Shown piece by piece: positions 28,669-41,640 of a stretch of 64,000 nt of DNA. A program made the translations under genes and the position numbers. The stretch covers positions 81,160,001 through 81,224,000 of the forward strand of contig CM052816.1 in the NCBI GenBank assembly GCA_028534125.1, given 5' to 3'. The notes beneath the pieces are model-generated. The model had not been told where the DNA came from. It did not search any database and saw nothing but the letters and a program-made list of their open reading frames with translations. Source of the DNA: Lama glama (Eukaryota). Numbering within the stretch: position 1 is the stretch's first letter; each line of letters opens with the position of its first letter.

Positions 28669-30049
28669 ACACTCAAAAGGAGATCCTAATTTCCAACTCC
28701 ATGGGCGAGATATAGTTTTTCTTACATAAAACAAACCCATAATGCACATGATAGTCCAGTTTAAGTTGGAGCAAGCACTTAAAAACTTCAACAAAAATAA
28801 ATAAATTAAAAAAAAAAGACACCGGCTGAGCATTTGGAATGCAGAGTCCTTCTAGATCTGCAGGATGTCCCCTAATCTCTTATGACTTTTTCATTCATGC
28901 CTAATTCAACAGCAAGTATTTTTAGCAACTGGCCTTTATACAATCTATTAGAAGGTTTAAAATAGTTTTTACTAAAATAGCTTTCTCTTCTTACTCACAT
29001 TTCATCAGTTTACATAATAACTAATTAAATGACACACTTATGATAATAAGTACAACTGGCATCAGCAGATTCGGGGAGCAGTGTGGGAAGCATGCTGGCA
29101 GGCTCAGGAGCAGTGCGCTAGCTGCCAGATCCGCCAACAGCCAGTCAAGTTCATAGAGAAAAGGAGACATCAGCTGGTCCTGTGAGCTGCTTGAGTGGAG
29201 GTCAATTAAGAGAATTTCTGCTGTATTCAAGTATATTTAAATATAGGAATACCAACTTTTTTGGTCAAATTGTTAAACTTCTAAAAGAGGAAATGGTGGT
29301 GTGATTCCAAGTTTCTGGATAGACTTTTCATCATTCTGCTCTATTTTTAACTCCTTGCCAGAGAACTTGTGATGTTCCATGTCATCTTCCACTATCTCAT
29401 TCCCGCAATGTCTTCTGTAAGCGGCTTCTTAACTATTGCAACATGTTCCTGCAATCACTCTAAGAATGACAGAGAGAAGTGCAAAGGGGTGGCTGGAGAA
29501 ATCAATTTGGAGACCCTAAAACAGTCCAGGGAGCATGCCTGAGTCAGGGGCTATCCTTTCCCCAGTTTCAGGTTTCCATCTGACACCAGCTGTAGCAGGA
29601 GGACACCCCTCATCTCCCCACGTGCCTTCACTGATCCCTCTCCCCCAAACCCTGAAGGAAAAGGAGGGGCTTGTGTGATGGTGAGTCTAGAAGAGAAAAC
29701 TGGGCATACCAGACTCAGCCCTTTCTTCCTTCCTCTTTGGGGTGTATCTGCTGGCAGAGAGCATACATAGGGGCAACTTTTGCCATGTGGTAAAGGGCCT
29801 GTCCTGGAGGTGGGTCTGCAGCGGATGGCCCCAACTAACTCTGGGGGAAGTAACAGCAAGCAGGCCCTTTTGGCAACAGATCTAAATCCACATTCTCCAG
29901 TAGGTTTTTATCAATAATAAAAATGATATTTTCATATTCTCTATCTGACTTCTATGTCCATCTTCCATTTAATTCCAAACTCAGAAGGGAAAGAGATGTT
30001 TCTTCATGGAAGTAAAGCAAGAGATGGCATTGCTGCACATTGAAAATAT

Positions 30050-31430
30050 GACAGCAGAAATATAAAACTAAAATTCAGTAATAACTTTAGGAGTAGCTAA
30101 ATAAGAGGAACTTTTTTTAAAAAAGACAGGTGATAAATAGGAGAAAAGGTGTGTGAAAAGCAGAGCCTCAAACCAGGAAGTCTAACATCCAAAAAAAAAA
30201 AAAAATTCTAGAAGGAACAGAGAAAATTAGGGGATATGTAAGAAAATTTCCCAGAATAAAAAGACATGAGTTTCTGAAGTGAAGAGGCTTATCCTTCAGT
30301 ACCTTAAGCATATAAGTCAAAATACTGGCACAAAAGTACATCATAATGAAATGCTAAAGCATTGGGAGCAAGAGGGGATTCTAAAGACTTCCAGAGGAGG
30401 GAAAAATAGCAGATAATAGTAGGTCAAGAATCCAAATCAATTCAGGCTTCCTAAGAGCAACATTGGAATGTAAATGGCAATTCTTCAAATTCTGAGGAAA
30501 AATTATTTTCACCCTAGAATTCTATAATTATGTATAAGAGTAGGATGAAGAAATTTTCAATCATGAAAGGTCTCAATCTCCAGCTCTCATCCATCCTTTC
30601 TCAGAAAGCTCCTGCAGAATGTGCTCCACCAAAACAAGAGCAAGAGCATAAATCAAGAAAGAGGAGCACATAGGGATCTAGCCAGAGTGAGAGAGATGAT
30701 GAAGTTGCAGGAGGATGTTGAAGAACCCAGAGTGGTAACTATGTAGCATGCTTAGAAAATAACCAAACTGGAGCAACTCAGGAGGCTTAAAATAGAGAAC
30801 TGGTAGATGATTTAGTTATAAATTCATAGGCAACTAAGCAAAGACAAAAACAGACTATTTTTTTAACCCCAAGGAAAACAAGTAGGGCAATAAAGAAATA
30901 TCATTGTAGTAGCCTATATGACTCAGCTACAAATTGCATTTAGATGATGATAACAATACAGACACTGAATACCCAGCTAACCAAAAAATTCGACACAATG
31001 ATATTGGAAGGGTGACTGGAATGAAAGGTTAAATGTGTAGTTAACTATCAGTAGAAGACAACTAACTCACTATCTTCCTCAGGGACGTCAAGAAGTAAGA
31101 CCAAAAGCCAAAAAAATCAAAAGTAACATTATTTATATGTATGAAGTCAAGTATCTACAGAAACAGCTACAAGAGTTGAAAATACCTGCCTCTGGGAAGT
31201 GGGAAATGGGGAGCAGGAAATAGGAAACAGATGTGTGCATAGCTCAGTGGTAGAGTGCTTGCCTAGCATGCATGTGGTCCTGGCCTCACTCCCCAGTACC
31301 TCCATCAATAAATGAAAAATAAATAAACAAACAAACAAACCTAACTATCCCCCTAAAAAGATGTGTGATGTTCTGACTTTTTAAACTATGTAGCTGCATA
31401 ACTTCCACAAAAATAAAGTCTATTTAAAAA
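30050..31430 (+). mobile_element. Second HAL1 / L1 ORF1-type remnant
   Basis: 'gtacatcataatgaaatg...attctaaagacttccagag...ttcaaattctgaggaaaaattattttcaccctagaattctata'; 3' region parallels 9700-10070. Confidence 0.6.
31238..31358 (+). mobile_element. tRNA-Ala-derived camelid-type SINE, slightly 5'-truncated
   Basis: catagctcagtggtagagtgcttgcctagcatgcatgtggtcctgg...aaacctaactatcccc; TSD agatgtgtg (31229-31237 / 31359-31367). Confidence 0.9.
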
Positions 31431-32389
31431 AAGGGGGGGGGGATTTTTCTCTGGCTGTTTCTACTTTACATAGCAATGGGTTTCATTTGCAAAATAGAGA
31501 TTGCACTTTTATTTTTGTTGTTCACAATGCTCCAGCTATTCCAAAGGCTTTCAGACTTTCTCCACTGCAGCCTGCAATGCTTCAGTTTTCCTCTGCTGTA
31601 TATTAGTTACTTTACACTTATCATGGGTTCTTTGTTTAAAAACTCTGCTGATCAACCACTGGCTCATTTACTCTAACTTAATTCTAAAAATAAGTTACTC
31701 TCATACTGATTAAATACTGTTATCTCTACCATTGTTATGCAGGCCCTGATTAATGACATATTAATAACTAAACAGATAAAACTGCAGTTTTTCATACAAA
31801 AAAAGTTTGTGTGTACAAAATACTTCTAGTTCTGCATCTCATGAGATATATAGACAAAACAACTGCAGACTTTTATTGCTTGAAAAAATATTTATTTTTA
31901 AACTTGCAGTTTTAAAAATAAATTTATCATTGAGCATAGCATATTGAGGGCAGTAGATGAATTTTTAAAAATAATGTATGCTCAGGTATGTGTATTACAG
32001 TGGTATTATATGTTGGCTAAAGACATGAGAGAAAAAATATTTAAGTATTGACTTGGATGGTAAATCTCTAAAAAAAAATGAGTAAAATTCCTCAGGTTTT
32101 CATTTGATAGTACATACATAACCAGAAGAAATTTTAGTCATATTATTATTAGCGATGATGGCATCATCAGTTTTTACTCTTTGAGAGATTCAAACACTTG
32201 TGATCTGATTTTAAAGATGAACTTAAGTCCAAAAACAGTGCTAAAAATGTTATCTCCAAAAGTGGGGGGAAAACTCTCTAGTTCATATGATGCTTAATAT
32301 GAAATTTTCAAAGGCAAAAAATAGGGTCAGTTCCATTTTATTGAGTGAGCAGAAATCATAATCACCAAACAGCAGTCTGAAGAGGCCTG

Positions 32390-32850
32390 ACTCCCATGCA
32401 ACTTCAGTTTCAGAGAGGAGGAAATTCAGCCTCAGAGAAGGTGATTGAGTGACCTGGGCGGCCCCACAGCCGCTGAGCGCAGGCGCCAGATTCCGAGCCT
32501 CCGCTCAGCTCCCAGGGTTCTCTCCCCATGGCATGGTCTCACTTCGGGTAAAGGTGATTATTATCATATATATATACAGTTGTTATAATTATGACAACTA
32601 TAACAAAACCTCAGTTTACTGAATACTCAGTGTCCAGCACTGTTTCAGGGCATTCCTATACGTTAGCTCGGTTGATCTTCTCAGCATCTCCAAGATGGGG
32701 GTACCCCGACTATCCCCACTTTACTTGAGAAGCCTGAGTTACAGAGGTTCATAAGGAACCCAAGCTCCCTCGCCAAAGAATGTCTGAGCCAGGACAAGAG
32801 ATCTGAAAATTCAAACCCCAATGAACTCCTACACTGAGCCCCTGTTTAAC
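32390..32850. mobile_element. Two MIR remnants
   Basis: 'cagagaggaggaaattcagcctcagagaaggtgattgagtgacc' and 'tttactgaatactcagtgtccagcactg...actatccccactttac'. Confidence 0.55.
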
Positions 32851-35028
32851 CCATGAGCGGCTTATGCTGAAACAACAGTAGTTAGCAAAACTAAAAGATC
32901 CCCAGCGAGCTTTGTCATAAAGCGACTGCTTCTCCAGAGAGTCAGATATTTCAGGGGAGGAAAGAGAGCTCAGGGGAGAAACTATTTTGTTCTATATTTC
33001 TGAGCATCTGCCAAGTAGCTGGCAGATGCTCAGAGTGAGAATGGTAACCTTGTCACCTGTAAAACATACAGGTCAGCCGAGCAAACTTTCACCACTAAAT
33101 TCAAACTTGGAAGAAGAAGGGAAAAAAAAAAAAACAGCAAGGAGGCTTGGGAGCAACTACTAGGCTTTGGAATTTAAAAAAAAAAAAGCAGCAGCCGCAG
33201 ACTGTAACCCAAGCTCTCTGAAGACCCCAGGTCCACAAGGGCCCTGACGGCCTACCCTTTGGCCTCAGCCACACCTTTGTGAGGCTGAGAGGGCCCCCAT
33301 GGCCGGGATCTGGGCTGACCTCGGGCATGAATCCCCGGCCACGTGCGCAGGGGTCATGCGGAAATGCGCAGACGGCATTTAGACTTTCAAGGCAATGGCA
33401 GCACAGACGCGTTGGCAGACTGTGGATCTCACCGGTAGGGGGACACACCCCCATTCCCAAGTCTCCAACTCCTAGCTCTGGGCTCTCGAGAGCCAGAGCC
33501 GAGAGCTGAAGAATCAAGCCCGGGGACTAGAGCTGCCCGAACTCTGCAGGGGTCTGGGAGTGGGAGAGGAGTAGATGTGGGTTTCTCGGCCGGGCGTAGC
33601 GAATCCGCAGCCGTTGGATACAAGTGCCCTTTTTCATAATCAGCAAAGCCGGCGCCCCGCCTGCTTGGCTGGCAGGAATTCCGCGCAGACAGCCTGGAGT
33701 TCGAACGCTCAAAACTTGGCCGTGCATCCCCACTGTCAATACCTCCCGCCTCTTCTCTCTAAAGAGTGCGTTCACTCCGAGTCCGAGGTGACCAAACTGA
33801 GGAGGGTGGCCGCAGCGCCATCCTACATGGCGCCTTTGCCCACTCTCATCTGTTCCTGAGGCCCCCAGCCTCGGGTTGAGCTATCTCCCACGGCCAGCTC
33901 CCAGGTGCCCAGCCGCGACAAGCCTTGGGCTAGCCCCAAGCCTGCCTCGGCCCGTCCCCCTGCGTGGGGTCTTGGGAAGCTTTGCAGAAATTGCACCACT
34001 AGCAATCCAGGCGCATGCGCGCCAAGCCAGAGCACAGGCGGGGTTCCCTGAGAGCTACCCACCCCAAACCTGACATTGGTAAGGAGGGAGCCGCGCTATG
34101 CTGGGATATCTGCCCTCCTTCCCACAGGTCTACTCGGCAGGAAAATGAGCCAGGGGGCTTCGGTGACTATGTATCCGTGACCATCCGCTTCTCCTCCCGT
34201 TCCCTGTAGTCATAGCCACTATCCTCAGCCTTGAGCTCTTTGGCCAGTTGGGTGGTTTTCCAAACCCCGAAAGACCTGCTGAGAAAATTTGGTTGGGGGA
34301 CACGTGGAAGGGAGTTTCAGCACCCGCTTCTCCAGCGCGCACGCTCCCGCGAAACCTAGGTACCGGCGCTTTAGAGACAGTGATGCCGATCGCGCCAGGG
34401 GAAGTGAATGTCGCCTAAATCCAGACACTGCGAGGCATTTTTGGTGGAAATCACAGAAGCCTGTTTATAAGGGGCTGGTGGGACCATGGAAGGAATAAGA
34501 AGGGCGATTCAATGAGTCTAAAAGAAAGCTGGATCTGTAGGAGCAGTCCGGGAAACCCGGAGGCCGGAGCTGACCATGTGGCAGCACGCCGTCTGCAGAG
34601 CGTCGACATAGGCTCCCCAACTAAGAGGGGACGCACGTCGGAGAAGGACCCAGTAACAAGTTCTTTCAGCCTTGTGACGCTTTCAGACCCTGATTGAAGC
34701 AGGGCACCTGTAGTGCGCCCCTAACCGCAAGCCCGGTGCTGGAGACAGGGGAACGAGGAGGAAAAAAAACAGGTTTGACAGCACCTGCTGGACCAGGGCA
34801 GTAGCGACCTGAGGACTCACATGCCCCTCCCCCAGGCTCCACCACCTCCCTGGGACCCTCTACGTACACCCCAACAAAGTCATGGGCGATGGTCAAAGCC
34901 ACACGGTGCACACCCAGGCAAGTCCCCGCGCGCGCGCCTTCCCCAGTTCCTCAGTGCTGCAGGGGGTGGTGGGATCCGCAGAGGAGCGGACCCGCGCATA
35001 GGGAGAGCCGCCGAGCGCTATTGGATTA

Positions 35029-35952
<924 letters not shown>

Positions 35953-35989
35953 TCACTAATTCGCCAAAAGATAGGAAGAGTCCTTCTTT

Positions 35990-36420
35990 GCAATGCCACT
36001 CGCTTAAAAAAAAGAAAAAGAAAAAGTTCGCCGGGTGTAAACCTGTACGCCTATAATATATTTACATATATATATATATATACTTTTTATAATATATGTA
36101 TTCGCCTCCCTTTATATATACTATTTTGCTTAGAGGTGGCTTCTTATTTGGGCATTGCTAAGGTTGCTTTTGAAAGCGTATTTGTAAAAGAAAAAAAAGT
36201 TAGACTTGTCCAAGTGCTTGTAATTGACGGTGCATCTCCCTCGCGTTTGATCTCATTGATTCGCGCCGGTTTCTGGATCCATAACCCGCGTTTAAATAGC
36301 GTGGCAGCGGCGGAGCGTGTTACCACACAAGGCGCGCCGAGGCCGGGCTTGTATTTCCAGCGGGTGGGAAGGGTGGGGGTGGGGAGTGGTGGGGGCTGGG
36401 CTGGGGGAGCCTCTCATTAA
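35990..36420 (-). promoter_or_regulatory. NPR3: NPR3 core promoter / 5'UTR region with several TATA-like boxes
   Basis: Minus-strand TATTTAAA (36298-36291), TATATAAAGGG (36118-36108), a TA-rich tract 36050-36125, (CTTTTT)3 at 36026-36006 and a G-tract block at 36362-36407, all within 600 bp upstream of the ATG. The TSS cannot be fixed from sequence alone. Confidence 0.75.
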
Positions 36421-38149
36421 CATTCTTACATCAGGGCTCCTCCCCGCACCCCTACTCTTCCCACCCCTCCCCTGTCCCTAACTACCACTCCCCGCCAGCC
36501 CTTTTCCTTAAAGCAGCAGTCGCCCACGTCTGCACGGGCGGGAGCCCCACCGCTCCACACCGCCACCGGGGTCCCCGTCTCTCCCTGGCCCCGCACGCTG
36601 CAGCTCGCTCTCTCTCCAGCTCCTGGCTTTAAAAATGGAAATGTGTTTGAAAGTAAAGAAATGTGCGCAGGTATACACAAACGGCGGAGAAAAAAACAAT
36701 ACAGGATTAGAGGAAGGGGGTGGTCCTAGAAATTGGTGGTTTCGTTGCAAAAAAAAAAAAACCCTAGGTCCTGCTGGCTCTCACCTCTTTCTCACTCGGC
36801 CACATTCCCTCCTGACGCGCCAGCTTGGGGCGGGCACTCGACCTTCCCGGTCTCCTGGCGCAAGGTCAGTGAACAGGGACCAAGGTCCGGGTGCAGACAG
36901 CTCCGTCGGGGACCTGGAACGCCCAGCTAGCCTGGGCGTCCTCGCACCCCTGCCTCCCCCGCCCCCCTCGCCCCGCGCGGTCCTCCTCTCCCAGGGCCCC
37001 GCGAGTTCGCGCTGGAGCCGCTGGACTGCCAGGAATCCAGTGCCCCCGTGCACCGACACCTCCACAGGCGCGAGCAGAAAAGCGAAACTTGTTGCTCTCA
37101 AAGGCGAGAGAACAGTTCTTCTGAAGGTGGCAGAAAGCTTGAAGAGCATCTCCAAGGCGTCCCCTGGGCTTTGTTTGCTAAACCAGGTAACTAAATAAAG
37201 AGACCTTCCTCCTAAAGCGTTACGCGGATGGTCCCCTGGGTGCAGGCGCGTCCTCCTCTCCAATCTGTGAGCTCAGAAATCCAACCGCTTCTCCTCCCCC
37301 GGCGCGCGAGACCCTGTGCTCCGGGCTCTGCAATGCCGAGAAAGGTCTTGCGTCCGAGAGCCAGTCTTGCCACTGGTCACGGCCACAACAGCGGTGGAGA
37401 CGAGGATGGAAACGGCCATGGAGAAGTCCGTGGCCCGAGAGCCTCGGCAGAGTCCGCCGCGCTGCAGGGAAAGTCTGAATGGAACTTAATCCTCTGAAAG
37501 TGTAACACACCGAGGTCATTTGCAATGTGAACGTGCTACATTGGACGGGAGAATTCTGACACTTACGCCCCGCAATTTAAAATAAATTGAAAATGTTTTT
37601 AAATAGTTTTTCATTTGACTAGGCAACCGTGTCCACAAATTTCTATTAGTCTTAGACCAACGCCCTCTTTCGGCAGGAACTTGCAGCCGACTTGTATCCC
37701 CGATGACACCTCCTCAGACGCTGAGTTTGCTTTTTGTTTGTTTTGTTTTTTTTTCTTTTGTTTTGTTTGACGCTGAGGCCCCAAAGAGCAATCGCTCTCA
37801 TTTGTGACGTTGAAAAGGCAAATTGGGGTTTTCCGGAGATGTTAGCAAGTTTGGCCATCAGCGCTCATCGCCGTTAACAGCACCTTTCTTATGGCTCTTT
37901 CTGGCACCATAAATGTAATTATGAGTAACGTTTCGTGTTCCAGGGCGTTTAGATTTCAGATTATGCACTGTGATCCCTGAATCTTCAGGTAGGGCCTTCT
38001 AACTCCTGCGAAAACTTTCATTTGTGTTATTAGCAATGCTAACCAGTAGCAAAAGAGGCATCTATAGAATTAAATTTCACAGAGTAGTCGACGCACACAC
38101 TGGAAATTGAGATTTAGAGCTTCACAGCGGTTAAATCCTGAAATCCTAG

Positions 38150-38240
38150 GAAGAAGGAAGGGAGGGGAAGTAGGAAGGAAGGAAGGAAGAAAAGAAAGGA
38201 GGAAGAAAGAGGGGAAAGGCAAGGAGAAAGAGAGAGAGAA
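38150..38240. repeat. GA-rich polypurine low-complexity tract
   Basis: ggaagaaggaagggaggggaagtaggaaggaaggaagg...gagagagaa. Confidence 0.85.
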
Positions 38241-38699
38241 ACAACAGGCTAAATCCTAAGTTCCAAGGGTCTTAATGGATTTGGAAACTGGTTGCCAGGA
38301 GACTGGAAGGAATCAGGGTTTACTATTACTGCTCGCTATGCCCTGTGTCTGGGGAATACTGGCCAACGGCGATATGATTCTGCACACTGCGTAGCGTGGG
38401 CTTAGTCGGAAAGTCTGGGGTTTCAGTGGCACCGGGTGTGAACGCCTCTCCCCTTCCAGGCGCTGCCCAGCCGCGCCAGAGGTCACGGGCAGGGCAGTGC
38501 CATTTCGTTTGAGTATTGCAGCCTCTCGGTGACCTTTGGATAAGAGCTCTCAACTTCCACTCTGTCACTCAAGAGCACTGATGTAGCTGTGGAAGGGAAG
38601 AGCCCCCAAACTAGACGGAAAAACTAGAAAAGTCAGTGTTTCCTCTCTTAATGATGCTCAAAGCACCCCTTACATTTTTCCATTGAGCAGAAATTAGGA

Positions 38700-38937
38700 T
38701 TTTTTTATTGAGGTGTAATTGACATATTACATTAGTTTCAGGGATATAACATAATGATTTGATATTTGTATATATTATGAAATAATCACCACAACAAGTC
38801 TAGTTGACACACAAAAATCTTTTTATTGTGATGAGAACTTTAAGATCTGCTCTTAGCACTTTCAAATATGCAATACAGTATTATTAACTAAGGTCACTAT
38901 GCTCTACATTACATACCCATGACTTACTCACTTTATA
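38700..38937 (-). mobile_element. L1 3' end (L1MA/laurasiatherian type)
   Basis: poly-T then 'ttgaggtgtaattgacata...gtgatgagaactttaagatct...caatacagtattattaacta'; TSD-like agaaattaggattttt / agaaatggggattttt. Confidence 0.8.
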
Positions 38938-40716
38938 GAAATGGGGATTTTTAAAGAAAGTTTTTCAAATGAAAATAGGCACAAGATTATAAGAAGACCC
39001 ACCAAGTACTATATGTATTTGGATTTAACCTCACAAGTTTATTCACTTTCCATCAAATTAGATTTTTTCCCAGGCAGCTGAAAATGTGTGCAGATATCAT
39101 GAAAATCATAGAGTTCTCCAGCACTAGGGCTGGAAAAATTTTAGAAGTCACCTAGCCTGAGACCCTTCACTCTCTAAGTGAAGAATCTAGGCCAAAGAAT
39201 ATAAATGGCGTACTTAAACACCTCTTCATCCCCTGAGGATATCTGTAAATAGAACTGGATTAATGTACCACCCATTTATTACACCATGCAAAAGAGGGTT
39301 GGGAACAAAGATAAATTTCATTAAGGAGTAACATTCTTTATATCAAAATTTTATTTTATATGTAGCTAAGTTTTGAAAATACGCAGCGTAGAAAGTTACT
39401 CGTAGATTATAATATAATTTTTGCAGCATCATAATCATAAAGATGAATCAAACCAAGAAACAGCTCATCCCTTGGACTCTATTTTTAAATATTGCTCCTT
39501 TCAATTCTGTAAAACACTAGGATGGAAAAAGAAAGAAGCTTTTTTTTTTTTAACATTCAAAAGATTACTAACTTTCTCACTGAGTTCATACTTTCTGGCT
39601 ACAATTATTGAATGAAAACAAAAGAAAGTTACAGGGACATGCTGCAGAGTAAAATAAAATTAGCCTAATGAAAGGCAATGTTAGCCCTAAACGTCATACT
39701 ACAGAAAATAATGAACTTTTTATAGAATTTAGAAATGTTTTCATCTATATCCACAAACCATATTTGTTTTAACTTCAAGTTACTAGAATAAAGGGGCAAG
39801 TTTTCTATAAAGTATTCAACTCCCTGTTTTTCAGCTCTGTGAAATGAAGCCATGTCTATATGGTATTCCTCTGTCACCAGGGAAGACCACATTATATAGG
39901 GAATCTCAACAGGTGATTCTTTGCAACGTGTTAGAAATGCTATCACAAGGAAGTTTTTTCCACCATTTGTAATAGTCCATACTATGGTCTTCTTCCTTAG
40001 AATGCTGGCATCAACTGCCAAAGGAAGAGGCTCTCAAAGAGAATCTCCTCTCTTTTTAAGCCAGCCCTGGAGTCACACTGAAGAATCCCCCTATGTAGCC
40101 TGCAGCCCACAAAGAAAGTATCTTCTGGGGACAGAATTGTTGAAAACACACTTCCCCCTAGAGGCAGAAAAGATGAAAGAATAGTACACATAATCCAAGA
40201 ACATCTCTGTCATTCAATGAGCAATGAAATTTTATTTTTAACATATAATTGATCTTTTAGAGGGAACCATTCAAGATGTAGAGGGGAAAGCAATGAAAGG
40301 CGAAAAATTAAAGCCTTGCCTCTAGGTTTTCAGCTTGCCTTAACAGGGACTCAATTAATCTCTCTTCCTCTTATATACAGTATTTGCCAGCACTATAAAT
40401 AATAGCAATTACATAATTTTTATATTTAAACTTATGATTCAATTTCAGTTGAAAATGCAGTTAAATGTGGCCTTGAGGGGTCCTTCTGAAAGTGCAGCTC
40501 TAGCAGATTTCTCTCCTTATGGTCAGATTTGTTTCTGTATCACTGTCCTCTTAGGTTTCCATTAACTACAATCTCTCTTCATTTCTTTGGAGATATTTGG
40601 AGATAAAATGACATTGGAAACACTTCTGAAAAATCTAGAACTCACCTGTGATTTAACCTGAGTGCTGGCATGAGGTTTTCTAGGATGTGCAAGCTATATT
40701 AAGAATTCCCCCAGAT

Positions 40717-40836
40717 GGGGAGGGTATAACTAAACTGGTAGAGTGTGTGCTTGGCATGCATGTGGTCCTGGGTTCAATCCTTCATATCTCCACTATAAAT
40801 AAATAAATAAATTACCTCCCACACACACACACACAC
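40717..40836 (+). mobile_element. tRNA-Ala-derived camelid-type SINE with (CA)n tail
   Basis: ggggagggtataac...ggtagagtgtgtgcttggcatgcatgtggtcctgggttcaatcc; TSD aagaattcccccaga / aaaaatttccccaga. Confidence 0.9.
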
Positions 40837-41481
40837 AAAAATTTCCCCAGAAACTAAAAACATCCTAAATCAACTGCACTTCAATTTAAAAAAAAATAAT
40901 TCTCATCATTGATTTATAGACAGGGTATTTAATATAAACCATTTTTAAAAATCAAACAAAAATGTGTAAGTGCCTCAACTTCATGCATACCCATTCTGAC
41001 TACATTTAATTGGTTTATTTAGTTGTACATTATGTCATTTCAAAAAGGCTTTAAGAAGGAGCATAAAAATGTAAAGTGGAATTTTAGAGAATTTTCCTCA
41101 GGGCAAAATGCACAGCAATTGCATCCTACTCTCTTGGACTCTGCTTTTTTCCTTAAGGCTTTACTAACAGTCCCAAGCCTCAGCAACACTCTCCTCTCCA
41201 ATCTGAGTGCCCCCAGCATCCCTCGTGGTTGTGATCATACTCAGTTTTATTTCCAATTACCAGGAGGCAGTCTGGGTGGGCATTCAGTCCCTCAGAGTGT
41301 GTCCTGTGGGAACAGCACCCACTGAGGAGTCTTTTCACCAATTTGCCCTTCAGTTTCCTCAGTTTCCTCAGTTTTCTCCTTCTGATATGGAGATAGTGAT
41401 CTTGTCCTGGTGTTGTAGAACTAAGGGTCAGGCAAAAATAGACGGACAGTTCTTCATATATAGTAGGAAATTAACAAGTGG

Positions 41482-41640
41482 CAGGAAACTATACTCAGTA
41501 TCTTGTACTAACCTAAAATGAAAAAGAATATGAAAATGAATATGTGTATGTACATGCATGACCGAAACATTATCCTGTACACCAGAAATTGACACATTGT
41601 AACATATTGTGACATTGTACTTCAATAAAAAAATAAATAA
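41482..41640 (+). mobile_element. Short lineage-specific L1 3' end
   Basis: 'caggaaactatactcagtatcttgta...accagaaattgacacattgtaac...acttcaataaaaaaa'; TSD-like aa(g/a)tggcag. Confidence 0.85.
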
